Shown here one piece after another: positions 39,520 through 53,695 of a stretch of DNA of 64,000 bases. The notes under the pieces are model-generated. The model was not told the origin of the DNA and made no database searches. It was given only the letters and a program-made list of their open reading frames with translations. How positions within the stretch are numbered: position 1 is the first letter of the stretch; each line of letters begins with the position of its first letter. The DNA comes from Nymphaea colorata (lineage: Eukaryota), in NCBI RefSeq assembly GCF_008831285.2, contig NC_045138.2, positions 40,548,001 through 40,612,000 on the forward strand, written 5' to 3'. Position numbers and translations under genes: made by a program.

Positions 39520-39688
39520 GGGGCCGTTTGGCAACAGTAATAATATTCTGTTATTATTTCATGTACCTACCCCAAATATTAGAGCAGATTCATAGAATAT
39601 TGTAACATAGTGTTCCATGAACCTGCCCTAATAATTTAGGGTAGATACCTGAAAGAGTTACATAATGTCGTTGTTGCCAAATGACCTG
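39520..39688. mobile_element. Tourist-like MITE
   Basis: TIR ggccgtttggcaaca ... tgttgccaaatgacc; AT-rich non-coding interior. Confidence 0.65.
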
Positions 39689-42600
39689 ATAGAGGAAGTT
39701 TGGTAATACATACACTGCATTCCTTGAAGCACAATGTTTCATGGATCTTTTTCTAAGGTTGAGATCTATACGTGGAACATTCTGCATTTTTCTAAAATTG
39801 AGACGGATTCATGAAGCAATGTATAGCACAGTATTCTCGTTACCAAATGCCCCCATCGTGCTTTTAGTTGTCGATCTGACCTATTTGCAACCCTAACACG
39901 CACATGCATGCATATACGTACACTGAAGTATGATCAACAGACAGATCGACGTGTGTAATAGTGTGGTAGTTGCCAATGAATGCAGATCAACCTCATGGGG
40001 TCTGGTTACCGTGGACAGCCGACATGCTCTGGGTTTAATGGTGAGGAATGGCGGTTTGGTATCTCCTTCCGTCCCTACTTCTCACTGGGGGCCATTTTAT
40101 TGCAGTAAATATAGCTACTTTTCACAGTGTTGTAAAAAGGCTGTCCTGGCCTTTAAAGCTGGCTGCCTCCAGTAAAAGCGTGTTGCATCTGGGCTACTGC
40201 CTGGTATCGATCCATTTCTAAGCAATATTGATGCCATATTCTCAGCGTTTCTTTGTGTATCATGTACCAAGTATAGCTATACATTAAACCACAGCCAATG
40301 GCCTCTTGCTGTGTATCGAGTTTCTTTTTCTGTCTTTGAATTGGATATAATTGTTTTCTTGTAAAACTATTGCTACAAACAGAGATAATCAATAGCATCC
40401 AACAATTTGAGATTGAATGAGGAGGCTCTTCAAATGATGCTAAGAGAAAATTGAGCACTTCTGTAAAAAATTCGAAGCAGCCTTGGACCCGGGATGAGTA
40501 AGTAGAAAGGGGGAGGGGTTTCGGCCTCTTTAAGGCAAATCATCATCTCCTTCTAGATGCTTTCTACCGACCACATGCTAATTCATATTGGTTTTGTTTC
40601 CCTTTTTCGGATTCGCAAGCTGAGTTTAGGCAAATCTCTACCGGATTATGTTAAAATAAGCACCTTGGTGACCCTACTTGACTTGAAGATCTTAAATCAA
40701 ATCGCCTGATTAAATGCACACTTAGATTGCCAAAAAGGCTGATTCTTTTCAATCATCAAATATTTTTTTTTTTTATATAGTCAAAAAACCCTTTGCAGTG
40801 TTAGACATAACACGATAGCATTGGTAGATTGTCATGTTATTATTGCCTACAGATATTCTTAGTGCCACATATTGGATTTATATTTTCTTTCTTTAGACAT
40901 ACTCAATTTGAATCGATAAACTTTAGTTGATGCACTAGTTGCACCCCCTAGGCTCCCAAAACCCTAAGCCTGGACCTGACCTAAAGTGAACATGCTAGCT
41001 AGGGTTAGGTTTGGCCATGCTTAAAGAATAAGCACCATGGCATCACATATGCGCCACTAGCAGCATGTTGATCAGCTAAAATATTACACCTTTGGAAGCA
41101 GTTGCATCATTAGATACGGCAATCTGCTCATTTAATGCAAGTAAGTAGCAGAGCTCTAAACTTCGATGGAGAATCAAACGTGGTAGGAGGAAATTCATAT
41201 ATAATGAACTACTTAGGCAGCATCTGCATCTGTTCCCTATTCAATCACCATAAATATTCAGTTGACCTCTCTCTCTCTAAAAGCATGTGAGAGGCTGTGG
41301 GACAATGTACAACCCTGTGTAGATCCACTAAATAAATGCAACAACCAAACAGAGGTCTGCTCACTGCTCCTGTACAGTTCTTCATTAAAGCCAAGGCAAG
41401 GCTTCTGTTCGCAATTTCTTATGGGGACTAGCAGAAGTTGACTCTTCAAGCAAACCTTTCACCTACCCAATTCTTCATCTATATATATATATATATATAT
41501 ATGAAGAAAGAGAGAGAGAGAGAAACTGAAATTAGCTGGCTATCTCTGTGGTCGGATGATTATTTTTTAATTTTATGTGGCTAAAAGTTATCATAAAAGA
41601 TGTATTTGCGACAGTTAACTGTTTGGTCGCGGTTTTTAGCACTGAAATGCACCGTTGCGACAGTTTTTAGTGACATAAAACAAAAAACGAGACACATTTA
41701 TTCTGCTTTGGTTGCTCGAACCAGGCAGAGCTGGTTTCGTCTTGGCCCAGGCTCAGCCTGGGGAGGCTAACCCACTTTTCTTCGACATGTAACTTTCAGA
41801 CCCTCTCTTGTGGCTTACGTCTATTAGACCTGTAAACAGGGTCCCTTCAATTTAATACAGTGAATTTGGTGGGCCGCGTGCCCCCAGAGGATTGGATCTG
41901 TGGTCATGTTATATCCATTAAATGGGCAGATCCAGAATGGGAGTTAAACCAACCCAGACACCATTTTCTGGCACAATCAGTTTTTGTCTACCGAAATCCG
42001 ATCCAGAATCCAGATGTAGGGAAGTCAAAAGCGGTTAAAGTCCGATTAAGAAATCAGAACTGGATTTGGAATTAAGAAAATGTCATCCAATCAAATTTGG
42101 AGTCCTTTTTAAATAAATGTCAGATCATATTTGGATTCACTTTTAAATTAATTTACATTTTGAAAGTCAATTTTTAGCATATCAAAATATGATTCCTAGA
42201 TACAGATGTAAATTTAAAAACCAGATTCTTATTGGATCCAGATTGCAAGTTTAAAATTCATATTTACATATGGTATGCAAACCTTGGTTTATTTGTGTTT
42301 GAATCCGACTATGTGAATATGTGATCAATTAGATATGAAAAGTAATGCAATTGATTTGAATACCATCTGTTGGCATCTAATTCTCAATCATACCAGACAT
42401 TTATTTTGAACTTAAGAACATTAGTTACCAATAAGATACCAAAAAAAATCCATAAATATATTCAACAAGCAAGGGCTAGGGTAATGAGGTTTGTTCAATG
42501 CTAATGAGTAGTGTTTATGAGAAACTACACAACACTAATTTGGACCCACTTGAATCTGGTTCCAAGATTCCATCGTGACCCGGTCCATGTCAAATCGGAC

Positions 42601-45600
42601 ATTGACTTATATTCTGAAAAGAGAAAGAGAGCCTTTTGAAAATCAAATTGGAGCTGGACCCAGTGTTAAGGAATCTGAGCTGGATCCAATTCATGTCTGT
42701 ACTTTGCATTCCCAAAAAGCCCACCTCTGGGAATGTTGGGAACCAGCTGGTTTATTTATTTGGCTCTCTACTTTAGTTCCATTACCTCATGGGCCTCCAT
42801 CCCATCAGTCAGTCCGTTTCCCAAAGCACTTTCCCAGGTTTGGATCTGGATTTGGATTTGAATCCAACCAAACATGGGCTGGGCCCAAATGGATCTAAAA
42901 TTCAAAACCCAACAACTCTAAACAGTGATAAAATCAAGCAACCATTTGAACGACGCTCTAGGAAAAAAAAATCTTTTCACAAAAATCAGGATTTGCTGGA
43001 CTTGGTAACTTTTTTTTTTTTTGTTAAACTTAGTTGTGTCTTTGGGTTCATGAAAAACTTGGAGGGAAGAGGGTTTAGGTTATTGTAAATGAGTAGAAGC
43101 CTACCACTCGAAAGAGAATTAAAGATCTCACCGAACCCTTTGTTTTTTTAAAGTTCAAAGTTTACTTTTGGTGCTTCAGGGTGAATGCTTCAAGGTGAAG
43201 TTTAATTTGCGGAAGATTGAAAATGAAAACTTTACTAGCTTTTAACCTAACCGTTGTGCCAACTTCCTTGGAAATGGGATTAAGGTTATTCACTTTCTTT
43301 CATCAAAAATGAGTTTTTCTTTATTAGTTGTCCAAAGTACGAAACAATACTCTATTTTACTTCTAAAATGTTGTTTAGTATTGCGCTTGATGAGATTTGA
43401 GACTGCTGCATAAAAAAAAGGTGTGTTTTGGAAGATCTTCAATTTAAACAAATTAAAAATCTTCATACATGCTACATGCTAAAAGTCATGAGTTTAAGAT
43501 TTGATTGAGGAGGGTTCCACATTAAATCCATGAATCTAACTTTGATATTGATATCAGCAAGGAAGAAAGGCAAACTAAAAAGTGTCATTCATTCAAACAC
43601 AATCTCTTGTCTCAAAAGCAAATGCATGTAGACTCGGTCAACAAAAACCCAAGAGTGGGGTCGGCGGTTAACTTGATTGGTGAGCCTAGGTCCGAGTCCA
43701 TTGGCTGCTGGGCCTTGTTTTGTTCCAATTGCCGACCGTTTTGTTTCCACACGGAGTACACCTGCAAAGGAATAATCAAATAAAAAACAATTTCATAATT
43801 AAGCAATCGACGGGCAAAGCTGTTAAATTAATCAACACGATCAGCCGATGGGACATCCGGGTCGTACTTCCGGTTTCGGGTCGCACCGTTTGAGTCAACT
43901 TAGGGGGACCCACGGGAGACAGAGGCGGTCCTGGCTCGGTCCGGGACCGTGCAGAAAAGATCTCACAAGATTTGTTGGGGGCAAGGGTCAGGTCTAGAGA
44001 CCTAGAGAGAGAGAGAGAGGTAGAGTGGTCCCCCAATGATTGGACTCACGCTCGCGGGGGGAGGCGAAACGTGTAGCGAGGCGTTTGGTGGACTCACCTA
44101 CCACGAGTCCCGGACACCCGTTGCGGGCCCCACTGCTGCCGACGTGGACAGTTGCGCGTGGCGTGGCGTGGCGTGGGATGGGAGGGCCCTTTTTTTTTTT
44201 TGTCCCTCGTTGGACCCTTTGTCCCCTGGACAAGTTGTCCACATCCCCTGCCGATTTTCCCGTCGAAGCCCTCATTTCTCAGGTTTTTATCAATAAGCGT
44301 GCTTCTTTCTTTTTATTCAGAACTTGTGCGGTCGTTGGAGGCTGGAGTTGCTTTTTTGTTTATTTGTTTATTTGGGAAAAGCACTCACTCCAAATTATCA
44401 TTCTCATATGTTGTCTGAGTTGCGGTCATCTTTGTCACCTTCGATTTTTGTTTGTGAATTGTGTATCTCATTTTAGAGGGACTAACACTCTGCAGCCGTC
44501 TTTTGTAAAAGTAACACAAACGACCCTCAAGCTAAACCCGGAAAACACGATTTTCTGTGGTGAGGTTATCGACAGGTTAATGGAATATCTAAAAACTAAA
44601 GCCGCCAAAAGAAAATTTGTCACATTTTGTGCGTCCGGTGATTTGATGGTCCCCCTGCCAGGTTTGGCGTCTTCCTCTTTATGACATAGCAAAGCCACTT
44701 TTCTTGCAATTTCCACATCAACTACATGGTCTTACCAAATTAACATTTTCCTTTTTTTTGTTGGGACGTGTTTGATGGTATCCAAAACTTCGAGGTGATT
44801 TGAAATTAGTGTTACTGAGAAATCTACTGTTCAAGCAAACAATGAATTTTAGTATAATAGATTTCATATTCACAAAGGTATGTGGTCTGACAAAGAAGAG
44901 GGCGGTGCTGACATTCATATAGATCTCAAATTAATCACCTTAGACCTTTCATTTTAGGAGATAAAATACAGCATTGATAAAGGCAATGAAAATGTGTGTG
45001 AACAGTAAAACGTATTGACGTTAAATCAATAAAAGATTCTACCCACCTTTTACGGCCTTGCAAGAATCTACTTCTCTTTTTAACGCATGGGTTTAAAATG
45101 CACTACAAGGAGCTCCCAAACTAATTTACATGGATATCCATTTTAATTTCTATAAATTAAAACAAAAAACTTTAAGGCAGGGGACATTGGCAAAACAATG
45201 TTTTACCAAAAGCATGTTTTGTGATAACCTAATTTTTTTAACTAGTTTTTAGAACCTGAAGCATGTGTTTGGGTAACAAGAAAAGGTCCAGATTTTTTTT
45301 TGTAAATAAGCGATCAGGTTAATGAACACTAATTTTTTCACAAACCCGATTACGACCATCAATCAAACCTCCAAAACAATGTTTAAGGTTGTTATTCAAA
45401 TCTACCTTCAGGGCCCATTCAAGGAGAGAAACAATATTCAGGGAGAGAAACAATATGTTATTGTCTCATGTTGCATGAATTTACCTCACTCTTTAGAGCA
45501 GATGCATGAAACAATAGCATAATGTTATTGGTTCCAAACATTCCCTAACGGGTCGTTTGGCAATTGAAATAATTTGTAAAAATTCCATGAACATGCCTTT

Positions 45601-46826
45601 AAAATAGATTCATAAAATGCTATTTCTTGTGTTCTATGAATTTGCCTTGTTTTTTTGGGTCGATTCATAAAATACTTGTAAAGTGTTCCAATTGTCAAAT
45701 CACTTCTTGTGTTACAGGTAAAACTGAGTTTAGGGGCAAAATAATCCTTTAAAATTCAGTTTTAAGCTTGTCTTATTGATGTCAAAACTCATTTTTCATG
45801 AAAGACAAGAAAAACATACTCCTTCCTCAAGTTTTTATCTTGTCATTCATTTAAAAACTACCTAGAAAATCATTTTTTTACATAACCTAGTTTTGAGTCA
45901 TTCAAATGGACTTACAACCCAATTCTATGTTAAAATAATAGCAACAACTAAAATGGCAGTAATACCTAAACTGAACTTGGGTAGCTTTAATGGTAGTGGC
46001 AGTGCTACCTGTACAACAATGGATTGTTTGAACTCTAAAAGTAAACAAACGAATATACATTACTGGTTATTGATTATTATTATTATGTTTAGGTCAAACA
46101 ACCAATTGGGACTCATTGAATTAAGAGAATGAAAGGATATTATTAATGGCGGGTATCTCTCTCCTGAGCTGGGAATTTAGCTTTTCCTCAACATTGTTTC
46201 AGTTGCCTGATATTAATATTATAAAAGAGACAACTGACCTATTGCAATTATACAAGGAATTTTCGCTGTTTATAAGAAGCTGGCGATGGCTGGCTGTGAC
46301 AGTATGTCGCCATAGTTCCATGGACGAAACCTATAAGTTATTGCTCTTGTAGTGCTTCACTAATAAAACATGCTAATATCATTTCTCCTTTTGCCATTAG
46401 CTTACTGCATAATCAAAAAAATGACTTTATAGATGATATAAACCATTACCTCATATGAAATGGAAACTGGCATCTCTACTAATCAGAGTCGTCGGAATTT
46501 CAGCACGGTGGTTAAAAACTCACAAAGTTTTTCCAAGTTTCTCTTTTTATATAACGAAGGAAACCATCAATGCAAGGCCAAGCGGAGCTACTTTTGATAA
46601 GAAGATTAATGTATCAATGCGATCTAAAAAGATTATGTGCTTCTTTCAGAAAACGTAGTGCATGTCACTATGGATATTATTTTACAGAATCAAAACATTA
46701 TTTCTCTTGGAACAAGAACATGGTGTTTGTTAACATGTGTTTTAAGAACATGTACTATAAGACTACGTGTTTTTCATATCAAATGACCTGGTTTGATATA
46801 TTTAATCGCACAAAATTAATCTCTAA

Positions 46827-46997
46827 GGGGCCATTTAGCTAATGGAATAGTTACTTACCGTTCCATAAACCTGCCTTTAAGAATTAGGACGGATTCATGG
46901 AATACTAGAACCTAGTGTTCAATCTAGTGTTTCACGAATCTTTCTCAATTCTTGGGGCATCAACGATATGTAAGTGTTTCATTAGCCAAACGACCCC
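46827..46997. mobile_element. Tourist-like MITE
   Basis: TAA then GGGGCCATTTAGCTAATG ... CATTAGCCAAACGACCCC; right flank is AAA (imperfect TSD). Confidence 0.65.
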
Positions 46998-47674
46998 AAA
47001 TTGTGGATGTAAACTCATTTGGTGCTGCTTGTCTATTGCATCTTTGTCAAGGAAATAGTTCTCCTCCTTGCAATGCATAAAAAGTGTTGCATTATTATAT
47101 TTTGCAAACGGGTAAGGAAGGGTGGCGTTAGGAACCAAGATTTATTTTTCTGTTTGTTTGTTTGTTTTTCATTTTAGCATTTGGGCTGTTTGGGAAGGGC
47201 ATCATCAATTTCAACCACTCAAATTTATTGTGATGCAGACCAATTAAATACTTATAATAATCACTTTACAGTAGGCAGGTCACATAAAAACTTAAAAGAG
47301 GCATATAAAACTGGAAGGAATATCAATAGAAGGATAATAAAAGTACATTTGTGTTTGTGCAAACAAGTGTGGCTGTTCCTTTTAATTAGTATATTGGTCG
47401 ACCTTCATTACCATACATGGAAAGTGAGCAATCCCCTAAACCCTGATGTGATATTGTGTAAACCAAGTTTAGTGCTAATAAAAATATGGAACTAGTAATT
47501 AGGAACACGTTTTTGAGGTTATGTTAGAGAGAGAGAGAGCTTGTTTAGGACTTCAACCAAACTTGACTTGATCATCCTTTGTAATTCTCTTCGGATACGA
47601 ACTCAAACCCTAACTTTTAGAGCCAAATTTGGATCTAGAACTAACAAATAGGAACAAGTTTTTGAGGTTCCTTT

Positions 47675-47717
<43 letters not shown>

Positions 47718-48702
47718 AGAGTGATGGCTTAGGACTTCAACCAAATTTGGATCCAACCGGCATCATGTAATACGGTCGTTTCCATGTTGAATCTGATTCA
47801 GACATGAAACTTGGATTGGAATCAGAATACAAGAGCTCAGACGTGCAAATTAAAGTAGCGCTAGAGCTACTGCTGCGACTGTTTGATTGTGAGGCAAAAC
47901 CTGCGCCGCTCAAGATATCAGCTGTAACCCAAGTTTTAAAACGTCATTAGTCGAAAGTGATTAGCTAATGCCTGTGATTAGAAAACTGGAAACTGCCAAT
48001 CTCTAGATATGGCAGCTAACACGTGAAAAAAGTGGATGCCATGACTGCTTTGAATGTGAAATATACAGGAAATGTAATGCATATACCAACTTTATGAATG
48101 TTTGTTTCACCAAACAACCATCTCTGTTCTATTCTGCCCTTAATTGGTATAGTATAGCTGGTCGGCATGAGTATCATGTTGATGATACATCCATTGTTCT
48201 ATTATATTATATGCTACTCGTCTATACTGTAAATTGTAGCATGCACGTCACTTGAGTTAAAGAGGACATCGTAGGACCACTAAGGTTCCAAAGCAACTGT
48301 AGACCCCGAGAGTGTGGAGAATGAGGCAAGAGTGGCTTTGCCTCTCCCGAACTGCGAAATCTGACCTGCTTTAATCCCCATCATTTCAGTATATATTTGG
48401 TTCAAATGACGGTGGAGATATTATGAATCTTATCAAAGAAAAAAAATCTGTTCGGTTGTATTTCAATTTTATGATATAAATCTATTTTTGGAATTGAGAG
48501 CACCAAATCTTCCTCAAAAACATGTTACCCTAAAAATGCCTTAGTATTTGCCAGAGTATTGGTCATTTTTTTTCGCTTTGCTAACCTGATTACTTGCCAA
48601 ACCCTACTCATGAAATTAATAAATTATGTTTTGTGCGTCCTATTTCATAGATATAATGTGCATTATGCATTCTTTTTTATTGAAAAACAAGTTTCAAATA
48701 AC

Positions 48703-48913
48703 GAAACCCGAGGGGTAGCACACTAGATGGCAAGGTGGAAGGTACAAAAGGGGATCAAAGTTCGAAAATGCGGCCGTTGCCCCATCCATGTGTGCTCCGT
48801 TCCTGGACGCCACAAGGGTCCTAGAGCAAGCTCTGTGCCCCGGGGGTGGTTAAGTGGCTTCTCTTAGAGGCTGTGGAAAAAAGAAGATCCACTCAGCTTA
48901 ACGAAAAAAAAAA
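48703..48913 (+). mobile_element. tRNA-derived SINE, about 210 bp
   Basis: 14-bp TSD aagtttcaaataac (48689-48702 and 48914-48927). A-box-like gtagcacactagatgg, B-box-like gttcgaaaat, GC-rich body and poly(A) tail. Confidence 0.85.
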
Positions 48914-49341
48914 AAGTTTCAAATAACCTAGTTTTCATACATATACGGTGACTTTAGTCCCTTCAAACGCAAACTGCTCACATTTTATGTTCCAACTACA
49001 ATATTTAAAACGTTGATCTCAATCAAACAAATATTCAATATGCATGCATGGTATGGTTACAACAGTAGAACCTTTAGTTTCAGCTCATATCGAAAGCAGA
49101 TCCATATTATACATACACACATATATAGAAACTGAGAGGTGCTGCACATTTAGATTCTAAACAAATGAATGACATTTTCAATCCTTGATTTTTTTCCACA
49201 GGTAGACAAGTAAGAGAAAAACAAAGAGAAAGAAGCAATCATCTTCGTCGGTTAGTATTAGTTTACTTCGTTTCTCCTTGTTTTTAACTCAATTGTCGAT
49301 TTAGAAAAGATCAAAGATTGAGATTATTTTTTTATCTCTTT

Positions 49342-49346
<5 letters not shown>

Positions 49347-49407
<61 letters not shown>
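49347..49407. repeat. Compound (AT)n(AG)n microsatellite
   Basis: Directly visible. Similar compound repeats occur near 37421-37470, 41479-41523 and 47676-47714. Confidence 0.9.
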
Positions 49408-49411
<4 letters not shown>

Positions 49412-52391
49412 TAAGGTTGATTCTTCAACTGGTATGCCAGCCCAGACTCTTCCGGTTGTCGGCAAGCAAAACCAAAATAAATGCACGGGATTGGCGTGTG
49501 TGGAAGACCAGCGCCCCTGTTTTTAAGCATCATCTTGTCTCCTCCTCAGTTGCGTTACTCACCACCTTCGAATTAAACCCTCGCGTTGCAAACGATACAT
49601 ATATTTATGGCCTTGTCTGCCGACCACACTCCTTTCCACCACAGTTGTGAAATCAAATCTTCAAACTAAAATTAAGCAGAAGAACCACACTTCACTATGA
49701 ACACTAATTTCTCGCGATGCATTGACGTTTGAGTTTGTGACATCTCTCTTATTTGAAGTCCATGATAAATTTTATTTTTATTCAACCACGTGAACAGTTT
49801 GCCCTGCTTATTTTTACTTTCGACTTACGATAGAACCTAAAATTCATATCAATTTTCTCACACTACGAAACAAACATAAGAAGCTAAATCTCACCAATTC
49901 TCAAGAATTTCCTTCAAGAAGCAGAAAATGTCGGCCAAGGGGGCAGTAGCTCAAATAAAAGCTTGAGTTTTTTTATAAATAGGGGAAATTAATGAGCTGG
50001 AATGTGAATTTGGGTTTGGAACAGAGGCTGCTGCACCTATGATCCGGTATCCAAGCTGGTCTGGCTTGACCGACCAAGCCCTTTCACGTGGGCTCGAGCC
50101 CAGACCCATCCGATTAGCCAATGCCTTTGATCTTCTTTTTCTAAACTTGCAATCATATTACACTTCAACTCCCTCAAGAAAACATGATTTGCAGAAACAA
50201 CCGCAACTTCATCTTCTTACTCCATGCCATTCAAAATCTTCCTTTTTATTATTATTAAACTTGGCAGACTAGAACCTAAAAAATATCACCGGGGACAGGA
50301 CCTACAGCCCCAATCCCAGCACATGCTATAAGGTCTAAAAAACTCGATTCGAACCATGAATAAAACCATGGTGGAATTGGAACCATGAATCGATTCATTT
50401 TACTAGGACTTCTAGCTAGAATCTGTCTTAATGGTACCAACTAACAAGCAAGATGAAGCTTAGAAAATCTTGGTTGAGAGGCATTAGCTATAAAATTTAA
50501 AATTTTTAAAAAACAAAGAAAAATCTTTAAAGTATCAATATTTAAATGTGGATTTTTTGTGAGTCCGTGTGGACAGTTAGCTTGCCTCTAGTACTAATAA
50601 GAGCGTCGTTATCAGATCAGTTCATATACGAGACCAGTTATGGAGGTTTGAAACAAAGGTTCGGGTCAATCCTGACCTACGGAGTGTGGCCGATCGTCCC
50701 AAAAACTTAAGGTGGCCACTGGTAAATATTCCTAAGCTTGGGTTCCATTCGAGAATTATGCCAAAACACAAGGCCCTTCTCCCGCTTCCACTAAAAAAAA
50801 AAAAAAAAAACTTCTCTTTTTTTTTTTCCGTCCCTCGTGCTGACCGTACGGTCCCACACCGGCTTAGCTGGCGGCAGCAGGAGTACAGCTGGCGTCCGTA
50901 CTCGGCCCGATACGCCAGCTACCGTCGCCGTTTGGGCGAGAGTTTTTGTCGAGAACTGTAGCCGCGAACGGGAGGGGGAGTTGGTGGGCCGACGACCTAA
51001 ATTACCGGAGAGCCCTCCCTCTCAATTAGATCCCACAAGTTTGTCCTCCACTTAAATAATGAAAAGGAAAACCCTCCTCGGTTCGGTTCGGTTCGGTTGG
51101 ACTAAAATGGATTTCTTTCTTAGAACCTGCTGGTAGTGGGGGAAGAAGTATGGTCTTTTTTTATAATAGAGAATCTTTAATAGTGCCGCCATTTTGGTTC
51201 TCATTTTTTAAACCGAACCATCAATTTCCGTAGAGATTATAAACGCTAAAATGATTTGATACAAGGTGACATCAGAGACGATGGACAATGACAATGATCT
51301 TTTCTCTCTCTCTCTTTTTTTTTTTAATACTACCTAGAGTGAGAGAGATTATGATCTAAAATTAGAACTGAGCTGCCACAAGTTTGTCACTGTCAAGGCT
51401 ATTTTGGCACTTTTTTTCCCTTGCTCATAAGATATCCGCGACTGCATAAGATCCGCCACTGCTTCGAGTTTTGAGTGAACTTGTGGTATATATGTCAAAT
51501 AAAGTTATCAAATGATCGGACTCTCTCATCAGGCTACCAACCTAACTAACAATGCTATACACTCGCTTAAATACCCGATTCTATGACTAATCTCTAATTT
51601 CACCGTTCACTTAGTTTAAGTTTGATGTAGCCACCACATAATTTTGAAAACAGTCTTAATATAATTTAATGAAGTTTTTGATGAACAGGCGTAAGTAGTG
51701 GCCTAAACGAGACCTGATGATTCATTGTTAAATCAAGCAAAAAAAAAGCCAGAAATGGCAAATAAATCAGCGTCGGTATTGCCAAATGGCCGTTCACATT
51801 TACGTCGCTGAAGCAGAGACCCCACGACGACTGTTGAAGAAGGAAAAAAAAGGAAAATAACGAAGAAAAATAAAGTGGGTATTTAAGAGAAAGAGAGAGG
51901 GATGATTTGGTCAAAGGAAAGGAAAATGCAAGAGGGGAGAAAAGAACACGTAAGAAGGAAAAAGGAAGAGAGAGGAGAGTGAGAGAGGGACACATTAAAT
52001 GCATACCCGCCCGCCTCACTGCCTCCTGTCCCCGACTCTCCCTCTCTCTATCTTTCCTTCCATTCTGGTTCTCTTTCTTTTTGATGATAACAGCATAGCA
52101 GCAGAGCGGGAGAGAGAGAGAGCAGTTCACTGTGGGGATTTCTGTTATTTGGTTCCTGTTTCTGTGGCTTTCTGATTCGTTGAAGCATTTCGTCGAGCAC
52201 TTCTCTTTTCAAAGGGCCGTGGCACTCGATCTGGTTGTCTGAATCGCATGGTTGGCTTGGTTTTCGACGAGTGGCGGATCGTGGGGATCATTGGGATGAT
52301 GTGTTTATAGCGTTGAAGGGTGGACTAGCTCTCTCTTTGGGTTGAAGGCTCGGTCGCTCGTTTTGCTCCGGGGTTCTCGTTTCAGTTGTTG

Positions 52392-53695
52392 ATGGGAAAG
52401 GTGGGGCTGGGAGTGGCGGCGGGGTGCGCGTTGGTGTCGTGCACGCTGGCGGCCATCCTGGTGAGCAGGCGGCTGAAGAGCAGGGCGAGATGGAATAGGG
52501 CGGTCAGCGTGCTGAGGGAGTTCGAGGACGAATGCTCGACGTCCATTGGACGGTTGAGGCAGGTGGTCGACGCCATGGCCGTCGAGATGCATGCTGGTTT
52601 GGCATCCGAGGGTGGTAGCAAGCTGAAGATGCTTCTTACCTTTGTGGATACTCTCCCCAGCGGGTCTGTGGAACCACTAGCCTCTCTCTCACTCACTCTC
52701 CCTCTCCCTCTCTCTTTCTCTCTCTCTGTCTGTCTCTGCTTTGCTTTTAGCAGCTTGATGCTGATAGCTTTCGGGATTCCTTTAGGAGCGTTGCTTCAGA
52801 TTTAAGCTTTGGTTGTGCGTCGTATTTTTGTTCTTTCGTTTGTTTCCCATAGGTGTTTTGTAAAAGAGGGGGACATTTGTTTTTCACAATGGCCTTTTGC
52901 TATATATACGTTCGTTCTATGGTTTCTAATTAGTTTTTTGTCGGTTAGTCGTTTGAGAAATGGTCTAACTGAGATATTTATCTGTCGCAAAAGGAAAAAA
53001 AAAAGCAAAAGACTGTTAGCAGGATAATTTGGTGCGCTGTAGGTTCTTTAAGCACGATCTTTTCTGGACTTGAGATGTTGAATAGACGGCTGGTTCTATT
53101 GGTTTACATTCTCTTCTATTGAATATGGATTCCTTCAGTAATTAGTCGCATGTTGGTGTTTCCTTGTGGGTGAATGCCGGTAGATCGCGTAACTCTTGGT
53201 TCTCTCTTTGTTTCAGCCACGAGAAGGGAATCTATTACGCATTAGATTTAGGAGGAACTAATTTCAGGGTGCTAAGGGTCCAGCTCTCGGGAAAAAGGCA
53301 AAGAATTATAGACCATCACGTGGAGAAACAGGCGATTCCCCCTCATATAATGACTGGTACAAGTGAGGTAGCTGAATGGTTCTTTTCTTGCAGTTTGGAA
53401 AATATTGAAGGATATGATCTTCTTCCATTAATCGAATTACTTTTGTACGCTAATGAATTTCTCCATCCGTTTCATTCGTGGTCTTGAGCCTTTTTCTGGT
53501 CTCTTTCCATTGTTGCAGGCTCTTTTTGATTACCTTGCTTCTATCTTAAAGCAGTTTGTTGAAAAGGAAGAGGGTTATCAGCCGTCTCCCGGCACAAAGG
53601 CACTTGGCTTTACGTTTTCATTCCCCATGAAGCAGACCTCTGTTTCTTCAGGTGTGCTTGTGAAGTGGACAAAGGGTTTTGCAATTCATGACATG
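52392..53695 (+). CDS. HXK: Hexokinase with N-terminal membrane anchor (HXK3/HKL-like clade), exons 1-3 only; gene continues beyond the window
   Basis: Exons 52392-52663, 53217-53367 and 53519-53695 join in frame. Motifs RLRQVVDAMAVEMHAGLASEGGSKLKMLLTFVD, YYALDLGGTNFRVLRVQL, LGFTFSFPMKQTS and VKWTKGF. Exon 4 was not found up to 64000. Confidence 0.93.

Noticed and set aside
44040..44684. 214-aa ORF
   Set aside because: Non-ATG start, runs through poly-T and low-complexity sequence, no domain or codon signal.
48706..48785. Possible tRNA gene
   Set aside because: No convincing cloverleaf; TSD and poly-A identify it as a SINE head.
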